A DNA stretch of 64,000 nt from contig MU053881.1 of NCBI GenBank assembly GCA_013239625.1, positions 13,282,879-13,346,878 on the forward strand, in the 5' to 3' direction. This stretch comes from Lama guanicoe (taxonomy: Eukaryota). Position 1 is the first letter of the stretch; every line of letters starts with the position of its first letter. Under the pieces are notes generated by a model. That model ran no database searches. It was not told the origin of the DNA and was given only the letters and a program-made list of their open reading frames with translations. Made by a program: the position numbers and the translations under genes. This document shows, piece after piece, positions 39,393 through 52,221 of the stretch.

Positions 39393-40875
39393 CAACGGGC
39401 CCTTTCTAATGTACTGTTGACAGCCTTTCTTTACATATCTAAGTTCATAATAAATTCCAACCTGTATGTACCATTTTCCACGTTTCCATTCCCCTCCCCA
39501 CCACCTACACCTGCCCCTTGGCATCAGACAATCAACAGGAAATGAATAAAACTCATATATTAAAGCATACCCAAGCAGAAGATATACTGTTTAAATCATT
39601 GTGCCAGGAAAATGGTATTTCGTTGGTAGGCCCAATACTCTCATTGTTGGGTTTTTCCAATTATTTTTCCCATTTGGAGAAATAAGCTTTTTTTTTTTTC
39701 TTTTTCTTTTTTTCATTGACATTCAAAAAATATTAGCTATAATGTTGAATCCACCTTTAGCTGGGAGCTTATCCACGAAAGCTTTCATTATTTTTTATTT
39801 ATAAAGTAAAGGAATTGACTTAGATAACCTTTTAAACCCATTTAGGTTCATGAAAAGTGACCTAGTTCCAATCCTGTTTCTAATCCTGGTTGGGCATTTT
39901 ATAGCTCTACAACAGTGAGTTAGCTTATTATTCTTTTTAAACCTCAGTTTTCTCATCTGTAAAATGGGATTGTCATCACAACATCACAGGGATATAAGAA
40001 ATAATATATGAAAATGATACAGTGTAATCCCTATAATAAATAAGAAAGCAATACATTATTGGGAGCTATAAATTAGTCATTATTATCCCTGTTATGCAAT
40101 GGTTTATTTTCCTATGGAAGGTTTAGTTTAGGATCCACAGAATACACCAATATGATTGAACATCAAAAATTTAACTTTTCAAAGGGGCATTAGCCAAAAT
40201 TTTGGTGGGAGAAAAGGTTCCTTTTCTTTGGGCTGCATATTACTTTAATCTGACCTTTGAATAGTCTTTTACTCAAGAAAAGTTTTTGAATTGCAAATGT
40301 CCCTGAGAATACTTCTTTAATGAGTACCACCTAAGGCTTGAATTTAAAAACAGTTTGGGTATTTCTGTTTCCTTCTTTTTTTTTGTAGTTGCCACGAGCG
40401 GAAAAAAAAAAACAAAACTCAATTTATGTGGACAACTGACTTCCCAAATACATGGATTCCATTTCCACATGTTAATTCATCAAGTCCCAGGGGTAGTCTA
40501 TGCAGAAACAGGACTACTGGGTACCAAGAGTTTCACCGATATTAACAAAAAGCAAAAACAGTTTAAAAATACTTACCTTTTAACAGCTGAATAACTTTGT
40601 TAAAGAGAAGTGCTCCACAGTGTTTTGAAGAGACTTTGTTGCATCCCTCACCTTGAGGTAATCGTGATACCAGAAATCCAAATTGCATTCAACAATGTGT
40701 CATAAACTTCAACTTCAGTGTCACAAACATCTAGGCAATGTCTCATTATCATGTGTCAAGCTCTAAAACCGGATTATTCTGAGCATAAACTATACTTCAT
40801 CTTTCAAGATTATTAAAGTGCATGACAATGATCTATCCACCGGTTTTTCCCTGCTCTCATTTCAGTTGGAAACTA

Positions 40876-41407
40876 TGTTGTGGGAGAGTAGGTTCTTCCC
40901 TTGCACAGGAAAGTATTCAAGAGCAAGGCGTGGTAAAGTGAAAGCAAGTTTATTTAGAGAGATACACACTCTAAATGTGGGCCGGGCCATCTCAGAAAGG
41001 TGAGAGGGAGAGAGACTGAGAGCTGTAGGGGTATTTGAAGTTTAAATAGTAGATGCACATTCCATAGACAGAGTGCTGGCCGTCTCAGAAGGTGAGAGAG
41101 AGAGCGACCATGAGGTGCAGAGTTGTTAGGTTTTATGGGCTTGGTAACTTCATATGCTAATGAGTAGGAGGATTATTCCAACTATGTTGGGGAAGGGGCA
41201 AGGATTCCCAGGAAACGCCCCCTCGCCCACTTTTTGACCTTTTATGGTCAGCCTGGGAGCTGTCACGGCACCTGTGGGTGTGCCATGAGGCTCAAGGTCT
41301 GCTGGAGGTCAAGTCTTCCACCATCTTGGCTCTAACCAGCGGGTCCCATCCTCAGCTGCTGTGTCATTCCTTCAGTGGCTGTGCCCTGCCCCTTCCGCCC
41401 CACTTCA
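40876..41407 (-). mobile_element. ERV solo LTR (ERV1-like)
   Basis: TG...CA termini, imperfect 4 bp TSD (acta/ccta), minus-strand AATAAA at 40949-40954, internal ~55 bp direct repeat. Confidence 0.75.
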
Positions 41408-43700
41408 CCTAGAGCAAGTGGGCAAAGGGAAGATAGCCACCAACAGCAGGAGATGTTTCTGCTCAACCTACAAATAGCTGTGCTACAACGTGGAGGGGAG
41501 AGTACAGTCTCATTTATGATGTCTGAGATTGCGTTTCCTCTTTAAAGGACAAAGCAATTTAATTTTCAAAAATATTTGAGTTTCATTATGAAAGGGAAAA
41601 AAGACCCTATTTCAACAGGCTTATTGAATTTTATTTCTTCATTGAACTTCTACTCATTCTTCATTTGTGGGGAGAATTTATCATAGTTCCTGGTTTTATA
41701 CTGAATGAGACAAAATCTCCAAGATTTCTTTTAATAAAACTTTAAACTCCTTGTCATTGACAGTACAGTGTGTATCCTTTCCCTAGTAAAGCCATACTTT
41801 ATTGTTTCAACCCCCAGTCATCCCCTCCTTCCTCACCCACAAGTATTGTTACTTTAGTTTCCAAAATAGAACTAATGAGTTGATACACATAGGCTGTAGG
41901 TAATGTTGACACAACATGCACTTTATTTAATAAAACCAAATCTCACATCTGCTTTTGGGCTACTCTAGTAACTTAATCTTTTCAATTATTCTTATTTCCA
42001 AGTCCAGATTTTCTCTTTAGATTTACTTCTTTAAAAAAAAAAGATTGCTATCTCTTTCTTGAGATTCTGTATTTAATATATCATTATTATAATACTTTTA
42101 TTATTTGAACATAGTTTTTCCCATCCTTTAAACAGGCTTATTTTACTGCTTTGAAACCAGCCTGCTGTAGATGGCTGGTTTTCCTTGTCTTCCTGTTAAA
42201 TTTCCACCCCTGACTCTTCTATCAGGATTCTGTGCACTATGACAAGGATTGTAACTGCTGTCTACCTTCAGCACTGGCCTTCCTAGTCATGTGTCTACAA
42301 GATTGCTATTATTTCCGATAGCATTCATGGGTATAGAACTTTTGCACGCTTTGCTCCAGTATAAGTAAGAACCCCCTCCCCCCCAAGTGGTGAAGATACT
42401 TGTTCACATGGCTTGTCCTTCATTGGTAGCATTATTGCAGAAATGGAGCTGAAGTGGTCACGAGGGCAATTGCAGGTTCAAACGTACATAGAAACATTCT
42501 TAAAAAAGTTTCAGTAGTTGTTCTTTTAATAAATACTCCTTGGTTGTTGATTTCTTGACTCTTGAAATTATTGCTTTTGAAAACCTGTCAAGTTTTATCA
42601 TTATTTTTGGAGAGTGGAACTGCTCAGTCCTTACTCTGCCACTCTAGCAGTGTCCACATAAATTACTATTGTTCCTATTTTGTGCATAAATGAGGCTCAG
42701 AAGGAGCTGAGCAATGGGCCAAGCCAATATTTAAAGTGAGACCTAACTCCAGTAGCCACGCTCTTTCCGCTACAAAGGACACCAAAGTGTCTTGCACTGG
42801 GCCACCCCCAATCTGTAGCTTATGTAGGCTGACCTTTCCTTTCCACTTGAAAGGACCATTATTTTTTCACGTTGTTTCTAATGGTTTATCTTATTAATTT
42901 TTCAAACAAAACATAGACCGTCAAGGAGATCTAGTGTAATTTTTTTAAGATGAGTTTTGAAAGTATCATCTTTATAATGAAGTACAAATTATTTTTTTAA
43001 TCTGGCAAAATCACTTACAGTATGTTAAGCAAATCAACAGAATTACATGAATTTCTTCATTTATAACAACTCTATGGTGAGATCAAAGAAGGTAAGATGC
43101 ATAAAGTATATTTTGATGGACTGTTAATGAGGACATCAACTTTTACGTAGTGACATATGCTACGTGTTCTAGAGAAACACGGGTAAATTACCAACCCAAA
43201 ATGAAAAGAATCTTAATATTTTACAATCCTGTGGATACTTTGATGTCTTTAGACTATAAATGTTTTATTGGAAGATAATGTGACTTTTGAAAATGTAGTA
43301 GATCAGCATTCTGAAAGAGTTTTGCTGTTTGCTAACTAATACAGGGAAGGATAACCTGCCTTTTCTCTGTGAAATAATCTTAACCCCAGACATAGGATAG
43401 CTGCTCCGTTAATGATGACCAAATGGATGTGTGGATTTGTACAGACATTCTGAAAATCAGAACTCATTAATCACTTGAATTAGCCAGATTCAACTGGCAG
43501 AAACATTATATGTGAGAAAAAAAGTAGTTTCAAAATTGGAGTTACAAAGAAATTCAAGTTTTTTGTGTGTGTATGTGGTAATATTGGAATACGTAGCAAT
43601 GTGCGACCCCTTCCCCGCCCCTGACACCACATAGCTGGAGCTGAGGCATGGAGACTGGGCATGTGCTGCTTTCCACAGTCCCCAGTGACTCCCTTAGTGT

Positions 43701-44178
43701 TGTCAACGGAAATAAATGTGCAGTCTAAAAGTTGAGAGTTATGCTTTATTTAGTGGGAGGACTCGAGCCGGGATGACAGCCTCTCAGGTCGCCCTGAGGG
43801 ACTGATCCGAAGAGGTAGGGGAGGAGCTAGGACATATAGGAGTTTGACAACAAAGACCAGGTAGTTGGAGCATTAAAAGATTACTTGTTAACTGAAAAGA
43901 CCAGACATCTCAAGTTAAAGAATTTAGCGCTTTTCTGTGTATGGGAGGAAGCAAACATTTGGGCTCATTGAATTCATTCCTTTGACAAGCACCTAGCTGT
44001 CTAGGGCCAGTATCCTGTCCTTTCTTATTCTGAGTCCCCTCAGAGTGCCCCATTGTGACTGGCTGCAGAGTCTGGGCTGCAGTCTTGTCTTCACTGGGGG
44101 GTGGCAGCAGCCGCTGATGACTTGATGGCTTCTGCATTCTTTGTGCACTGATACGGCTTGCAGTATTTTTCGTTCACA
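43701..44178 (-). mobile_element. ERV solo LTR (ERV1-like), 478 bp
   Basis: TGT...ACA termini, perfect 4 bp TSD gtgt (43697-43700, 44179-44182), minus-strand AATAAA at 43745-43750. Confidence 0.85.
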
Positions 44179-45844
44179 GTGTCATATTTGGTCCACTTTA
44201 CATTTATGTGTTAGTTCCCTGGCAGTAGACTTTGTGACTCTCCGAGTTAAGTATTAATGTGTTGCTATCTTTGGATGAAAGCTGTGTCCCTTATCACCAG
44301 CCGTCTCCCCAGCACTAAAGTGCCTGATAAATATTGAACCATCTTTCAGAACCTAGCTTAGCGGACGCTTTCCTCTGAAGACCTCGCTCACACCACATCC
44401 CACGTATCACTTCCCCGTGCCTTGTGCATTATTGGGAGTTGTAGGTCTTTATTAAAGTGTTGTAACTTTAGGTTCGCTTGGGTTCTCTTTGTGATTGTGA
44501 GCTTTCCAAGCGCATATTGTGATTTTCATGTCTGTAATCTCAGTGCCTACGATGGTGGCTCAAGGGTTCCAAGACATCTCAACTGTTGTCAGTGGTTAAA
44601 TGGTTAACAACGCATCAGCTGGCATTAAATCCCAGGACCACTTCAGTTCCCCTTATATTTCCAGCTTCATTTTAGACAGTATTAGTTCCTACAGGTTCAA
44701 TTATCTCATCATATGAAGAGGGGCTGGGTACCCCTGTTACGTGTCTCATAGTGTCCTCTACTTTTCTCATAATATTTTTATTATTATTTGTGCCTGATTC
44801 TGTCTCCCTCCCCCACTAGAACTTTGATTTCTTAAAGAAAAAGGCCATGAAATATTTATCTCTACATCCTTATTATCTACCACAGTTTTTAACACAGGTA
44901 GAGGGAGACTCAGCAAATGTTAGGAAAATTAAATTAAATTAAATTAACATGCAGAGTTAATCTGTCTGCCTAAATTGTGGCTATCATGTAATCAAGTGCG
45001 ATGACTGTTCTTGTTGGTCACAAGAGCTGGATAATGTTAGGAAACTCTTAACAGAAGGTCTTAACGAACAGGTATAATTAAATTCAAACAGATGGTCAGT
45101 CATAATGCCAAGTCCATTCTTATTCTGATTTCTTAGATAATTGTTACGGTGAGCCTTGACATGGATGTAGTTTGATAGCCAAAATAATCACCATCCACTA
45201 CATTCATTGTCATGAGAGCCAAGAAATCAATGAATGTGATGATTCAGCTAGTTTACACGGACAGACTAAGTCATTTGGTTGGAGGATTTTAAAAGTATTA
45301 ATTTTGCTAAGTCCCGAATCTTTTTTATTTTTAAGAAGATGCAGGTTTTATTTGTACAAATACAATTTACTTTGTTTTCACCTGGCCACCAGCTGACGTA
45401 GAAAGATTTTACCTCACATTGTCTTGCCTGTAGGAACCAAGTACAGTTTTAGGTCCATCATTGAAATGAATTTACCATTGTCTTTCAAATGATGACAAGT
45501 ATTTTGTACTTTAACTTTGTGGTTATAGAAACATGAAGGAACATGATAGCCCCGGGGGAGCTTTTAAAATCACAATGCTCAGACTCCTTCTGCAAAACAA
45601 TTAAACCAATCTCCGAGGAGTAGATCAGAAAACAAATTTATTACATTAACAATAGATATGAACAAACTACCATAATTTCAGCAATTTGACTGTGCTCTAT
45701 TTATGTATTCCAAATTTTGAGTTGAAGTGCTCTTGGTAAGGCCAGATACCAGGTGTTTAGCAATTCCTTCCTTTGAAAGTGATTAATTAAAAAAAATCAT
45801 AGTTTAAGATCATACTATTGATAGAAAAGAGAGTCAAGCATTCC

Positions 45845-48404
45845 ATTTTGTTATTGAATAATGTTAGCTTTATTATTATAATAGAATACAGTATGACATA
45901 AAATTAAGAGCTTCTGCTAAACTCTGTAAAGCAGTACATGCATCTGCCATGAACAACCTCGATTCATGTTGGGTTTTATTGCCACTTCACTGCACTAAGG
46001 TGCAATAAACATTCAGTGTCATCTTTTAAAAATTTTTCCTGGGAGTTAACAGGAACTGTCCCCTATAGGAGTGGATCTTTATTTTCAAGGAAGACTTAAC
46101 TAGGGTTACATGGTTTAGCAAAGCACTGTAGAAAAGCTACATAGAGTAATTTGTCTTTGATAAGTTGTGCAATCAATTTATACAATAGAATTCTGTCCAC
46201 ATGTACTAACAAACTAAGGAATGATAGAAATGCAGTCATTGCTTAGCAGAAAGCAGACTAAGAAGAAATATTCACATCTAATGAGCAAAATACAGACCAA
46301 ATGTGGGCCACGAGGAGTTTGGAAGATAAAATGCTCTTAATAAGCACATTAGGTTAACGCCGAAAAATAACGGGATAAACAGCAACACAGAAGTTAGAGC
46401 CATATTTTACTTTATTTTCTATACATGATTATCTACACATGAGACCATAGGATGAGATATCCTTGGTTCAGCCTTTGCTGGCTTAGCTCATTGAACTTAG
46501 GCAGGACCGAATCAAACAATAAAGCACATTTAAAAAGAAAACCAGAGTTTGTTTAGGAAAACACAAGCTGTATTTTCCTGTGTCATTGGGTAGCAGCTCT
46601 TTGAGAAAAACATTGCTCAAAACATGGGTATGGATCCCAAATGTCTTATTTGGTAATTGTGATAACAGGCTTATGTCATGGTATTCTAAATGTGGTTAGA
46701 CCATAACTCATGGATTCTGGATGCTAACTTTAAATATCTCTGAAACTCTTATCAGACAAAAGAAGACTTCAAAAATACCTTCCGCATAAATATTTACCTC
46801 TAAAACATCTGGGAAGTAATGAAACAGACTAGAATCTTCAGAGGGAGTGTTAATGGACCTCTTGTCATTAAAGCCCTTACATAGTATGCCTACAAATATA
46901 TTGCTACAGTATAAACGAAAAGTAATAGTATTACTCAATAAAAGCTATTTCCTGTACATTCTTTCACGTATTTTTATATTTAATGCTACATATGGTACAA
47001 CACTTATTGAAATAGTTGGTATCAGCAAAGATAGCAGTAAATATACAGGTGATTTTTTTCTAGCTCCCACTAATGTTTTTCCACTTTCTTTCTATATTAC
47101 AAGAGCCTAAAATAGGGAAACATGGCATGACTTGAGCAGATTGCAACTGATTTACTACTGTACACTGGACAACAGTTTGAAATTGCAAGCTGTCCCTACA
47201 TAAGTGGACTTTATCCCCATATGTTTTAAGTCCCATCTGGCTCCTTCAGGCTGTTCTGGTCTTAAAGGCAGGCTCTGAATGTATTTCCGTAGCATTTAAC
47301 AACATTCTGACAGCTAAGAGCGGTGAGTCCCACACAATATTTTAAGAACACAGCCTTAAAAAAAGTAAAAAATGTACAATCTCATGCTGGATATTTACAT
47401 ATATAATTTATATATTCTATATTTATTTACTAGTCATAAATTTCAATCTAAAGCTTTTAATGTACTGTTATATAAAATGATACATTCAACAATTCTAGAA
47501 CTTGCAAAATATTTTTGCCCCTCTAAAAACATCTTCATAATGAAAATCAGTGATTATTGGACCCATGTGCTATCTGGATATAGACAGGGTGGAAAATAAA
47601 TCTTTTAAATTTTTTTTTTGGTTTTATTGTGTATATATTTCTGTTAAAATGATTCCTCATCGAGTCTAGTGGTAAAAGTGCAGATGGTAGCAAAGTAGCC
47701 TGTTTAAAGGCATTTATCTTCACTGGATTAAATGTGCTCTATGGCGAGGAACTGCACCTTAGCCTATGCAATTTCCATCAATTTTAAAATAGCATGTAAC
47801 AACAAAATAATGCATTAGGCATTTCTTTTTTAAGGAGAAAGAATGGGGATTTTTAGCTTTGGAAACAAAATGTTAAAGCTATACATCAGTTTAAAAAAAA
47901 CAAATACGTAAGAAGCACATTGTCATTTATGCAATAAAGACATAGACTTTTTAAAAATTTTTCTTCCTTAAACATTATAATTTATTCTTTTAAACACCTT
48001 CACATAAAAATATTTTTGACATATACAGTATCTTTTTTTTTCTAGAATATTTGGAAATATATATCTACAAATGACCTGGAGTTACAGAGTTAAGTTTGAT
48101 TTTTCTTTTACTTTTTCTCCTATCTTTGGATCTCCTTCCCCCCCCTTTTCACCTCTCTTTCCTTCTGTCTCCTTCTGCCGTGATTTTGCTCTCTTGCTCC
48201 CTCTCTCAGAATCCTGTCTCTCAGCTGTATGGTCTGCTCTGGGCTGCCAGACAGGGGTCTGTTGTTCTTATATGAATTATGGAAATAAGAAAACCTTCAG
48301 ATTCTTCAAGACAGAGGCAATAAAGCAGATGGGAATTACCATGTTGAGAACAGAAGGCAATTCCCAGTGCAGAGGACCCAACAACGGGTTATGAGTGACA
48401 GGAC
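45845..48404 (-). other. GABRA1: GABRA1 3' UTR (~2.5 kb; distal end approximate)
   Basis: AU-rich sequence with no recognisable TEs, directly after the stop. Ends at a cluster of minus-strand AATAAA hexamers (46078-46083, 45975-45980, 45869-45874). Confidence 0.7.
45869..45874 (-). terminator. Candidate distal polyadenylation signal AATAAA of GABRA1
   Basis: Plus-strand tttatt, with a U/GU-rich stretch (tgcttgactctcttttct) shortly downstream on the minus strand. Alternative hexamers lie nearby. Confidence 0.5.
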
Positions 48405-48746
<342 letters not shown>

Positions 48747-48889
48747 TTAGTAAATTGTGGGAAGCAAATTCATAAGTTGCTGAGCAGAGTGGCCTTTACT
48801 TTGGAACTCAAACATGTGCTTTATGTAAAATCTGAGGGATGTATTTATGACTGCATTTTGGAGATAAATGAAAAACGCAGACACAAACA

Positions 48890-49375
48890 TCTAGTTATAA
48901 GATTGACAAGTTTGCTCTAATGTACAGCACGATGATCTTGCAGGACATTTGGTCCTGTCGAAAACATCCATAAGATATTTGGTCCATGTCAAAGGTCCTT
49001 GAAAGGTAGTCCTGTCCCATTTGTCCATAAGCAGGTATTTGGTCCATGCCAAGTGGTTTTGGACAGGACCAGATATCAAGGACCTCCAGCATGGACCAAA
49101 TGTCTTAATGGACGTTTTAGACAGGACCTAATGTCTGCTAATCCATGGTGATTATAGATAATAATACTGAATCATACACTTGAATGTTGCTGAGATGAGA
49201 TCTTAAATGTTCTCATCAGAAAAAAGAAATGGTAACTATGTGATGGGATAGAGATGGTAGCTAATACTCTGGTTGTAATGAATTCACAATCTATAAATGT
49301 ATCAAATCAACCACATTGTACACCTCAAGCTTACACAATGTTACATGCCAATTATTATCTCAGTAAAGCTAGGGA
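48890..49375 (+). mobile_element. L1 3' end interrupted by a palindromic insert
   Basis: ctagttataagatt...ctctaatgtacagca [insert] catggtgattatagataataatactg...ccaattattatctcagtaaagctaggg. Confidence 0.8.
48934..49144. mobile_element. MITE-like palindromic element (family not identified)
   Basis: ~65 bp imperfect terminal inverted repeats with an internally repeated tttggtcc(a)tg(t) motif; splits an L1 3' end. Confidence 0.7.
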
Positions 49376-49459
49376 AAATGCAGACAGGTATCTTCCGGGA
49401 TATCCCATCAAGAGGTGGAGTGAATTTCCCCACTTGTTAAATCTAGACTTGTAGCCTTG

Positions 49460-49812
49460 GCAGAGTGATGCTGGCCAGCTTAGGGCCCTATCATCAAGAG
49501 GCTTCGCAGCCTTGGCCTTTACCCTCTGGAAGCATGCCCCTGCCACGTAGGGGGAGCCTGGACGAGACCACAGAGGGACAGGGGCCGTGTGCAGCGAGCA
49601 GTCCAGCCGGCATCCGACCCAAACCTGTGAGAGAGACCCTTGTGGTCTTCCCACCCTGCTGGAGCCTCCAGTTTTCTGCAGCGGTGTGAGTGAGCCCAGG
49701 TCAGACTAATAGAAATGCCACCAGGTTTTTTTCCCAGCCCCAAATGCTTGGTTGTTATTTCAGGTCACTAAGTTTTTGGGTGGTTTGTTTTGCAGTGATA
49801 CATTACTGAGCC
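49460..49812 (+). mobile_element. MaLR LTR (MLT1F/G/H-like) fragment
   Basis: ctctggaagcatgcccctgccacgt...ttgttatttcaggtcactaagtttttgggtggtttgttttgcagtgatacattactga. Confidence 0.65.
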
Positions 49813-49999
49813 AATTATTATTTGCTGCCTCTCCCCATGTTTCCAGTAGACAAATGACAAGGCGGGGTTAGTCAGGATATCCTGAACTCCTGCTCCATGT
49901 TAGCTGCTCACCAATGTTACCTGTGTAGTAATTGACAATTTCGGCATTTCTTAAAGGTACAGACATTTCTGAAAAATGAAGTGGGTCGTTTTTTAGAGG

Positions 50000-50322
50000 T
50001 ACATGGTCTGACATAGTTACCACTAGTAACTTATGACTACTGAGCTCTTGCAATGGGGCTAGCCTAATTTGAGATGTGCTGGAAGTATAAACTACACCTA
50101 GGATTTTGAAGACATAGTATGAAAAAAAGAGTACAATGTATCTCCTAAATAATGTTTAGCATTGTTTATATGTAAAGATAATGTTTTTAATGTATTGACT
50201 AAAGTGAATTATTAAACTTAATTTCACTGGCTTGCACTTTCTAAATAAGGCTATTTGAAAAATTTTAATTATACATACGGCTCACATTTGTGGCTCACTG
50301 ACATTCCTGCTGGACAGCACTG
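50000..50322. mobile_element. hAT-Charlie DNA transposon (MER33-like)
   Basis: ccactagtaacttatgactactgagc...gagatgtgctggaagtataaa...ggattttgaagac...gtggctcac...ggacagcactg. Confidence 0.7.
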
Positions 50323-52156
50323 GTCTAACAGTGTGAGTCTCATTCTTTCATGCACACTAACTCACCAGTAAAAAATTGTTAAAGTGCAAATGTCTTGGGC
50401 ACAATCTCACCCTTTGAATCAGAATTCCTAGGGATGGAAGCCTGTTCATGGACGCTTTGAAAAAGCTACACAGAGAATACTGATTAGCAGCTAAACCTGG
50501 CCAACCATATTCGGCATACTCTGAATAATTTGTATTTTTATTATCAAATCAGAATAAAATATTATTTCCAGAAGAGCTGATGTTTTTCACAAGGTGCTAT
50601 AGACAGGGATTTTAAGAGGTTAATTTCCTTATTAACCAACTTCATGACCTCTCTACTACCTTTTTTCCTCTCGAAATCCTTAAGCATACATTGATTGTGA
50701 CCAAAAAATAAAGGAAAAAGGAGAAAAACCCAGATTTTTTTTTCTAGGATTAGGTCATTAAAAGGAAGGCCACTAACTCCACATTGATGCCCATTTTTAA
50801 TGAAGGTAGATTTGTTTAAGCCTTATGGGGAGTGACAAATGCTATAATTATCTGTATAAAGTTAAAGTGGGTAAAGTGATTCCCTCTGAATATAGTCCAA
50901 ATGACTACAAGTCAAAACTTGATATGACTCATTTCAATATAAACAGCCAGATTAAACTGGTATTAAGTCTATTGCCTAGAAAATAAGAATTTTAGTATAT
51001 TAAAGGATACATTGAAAAGCATGTATGTCCTTTAGATAAAATATATTTGCACTGTGATGCTGAAGAGGGTTCTGATCTAACCAAAATTTGTTGAGTGACA
51101 GATACCTTGTTTAATGAACTGAAATGAATAATCTGCACAAGGAAAAATTCTTGGAGAAGAGTTTATATTATTGGTAGATTTCATCTTTCCCACTGCCAAC
51201 TATCATAATACCCCAATCCTAAAATTTCTCAAGTTGTTAGTTTTTGGTTTGTTTTTTTTTTGTTTGTTTTGGGTTTGTTTGTTTTTTTTCAACATCATGT
51301 TGAAAGGCTATTTAGAAATATCTAGCTGGTTTCTCAGGAAATAATAATAGTTTTTTTTCACTTGTGAAAATGTTGAACTACCTGTATTCTTTAAGAAGTT
51401 GGTATTTCAGGATTTAACCATGTGGGGGTGAATCTTGAGAAGGCTACTGTACGCTCACTTGATAATGTGACGACGTATAAGATTCGTCTTTTTATTTTCA
51501 AGCTATACGATGTTAGAGACTGAAATCTTAACTCTCCTGAAAACACTCACCTGGTCACAGAAAAAGGACAATTTTTTTATCCTCTTTGAATGTTGAAGTG
51601 AGACCTGGATCACACTGTGATCACATCCCCTGTAATAAGCAAATCAAACCGGCAGAGCCCTGGGGAAGGTTTTTACAGAGACATAGATAAACTGCAGAAA
51701 ATATTCTCTTTCTCATTAGGCTGGCAGGTATAGGTATAAATGTATTATATAAATAAATGTACATCTAGCTAGACCTTTACCTTTATTTATACATGTGCAC
51801 TGAATAACATGAGCTGTAGATCGAGATTAAAATATTTTATCTGAGATACAACACTTGAAAGACGAATAGCAGGTCAGAAAGAGAGAACTAAACTATGAGC
51901 GCACCCATGTCTCATCCCAGATTCTGCGCTTTCCAGACCAAATTCAGTTCCCCTGACAAGTCACTAACAACTGATACTGCTGAGCCACAATCAGAAAGAC
52001 ACTGGCCTCTTGCAGCATGCAAAGGAGGAAGCTAGAAAAGCAACTTTCATCAATATTTGCATTTCATTTTGCATTTGCATATCCCCGATATTTATGTATC
52101 ATTCGACCTGAAGACCTTCAGTTGAGTATTTCAGGGATTCTAAGATGTGCACTTTT

Positions 52157-52221
52157 GTCTCAAATCTTTTTTTTTTTTTTTTTTTTTTTGGGGGGGTTTT
52201 TAACTGAGCTATACCCTCCCC
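52157..52221 (-). mobile_element. Internally deleted Vic-1-like SINE with perfect 17 bp TSD
   Basis: Only the 5' head GGGGAGGGTATAGCTCAGT, a C-run and poly(A) remain. TSD ctaagatgtgcactttt at 52140-52156 and 52222-52238. Confidence 0.85.

Noticed and set aside
48071..48394. 107 aa plus-strand ORF antisense to the GABRA1 3' UTR
   Set aside because: Low-complexity translation of the pyrimidine-rich strand; no coding features.
48940..49140. Short interspaced repeats superficially like a CRISPR array
   Set aside because: Repeats are ~10 bp, degenerate and arranged as an inverted palindrome in a mammalian intron; no cas genes.
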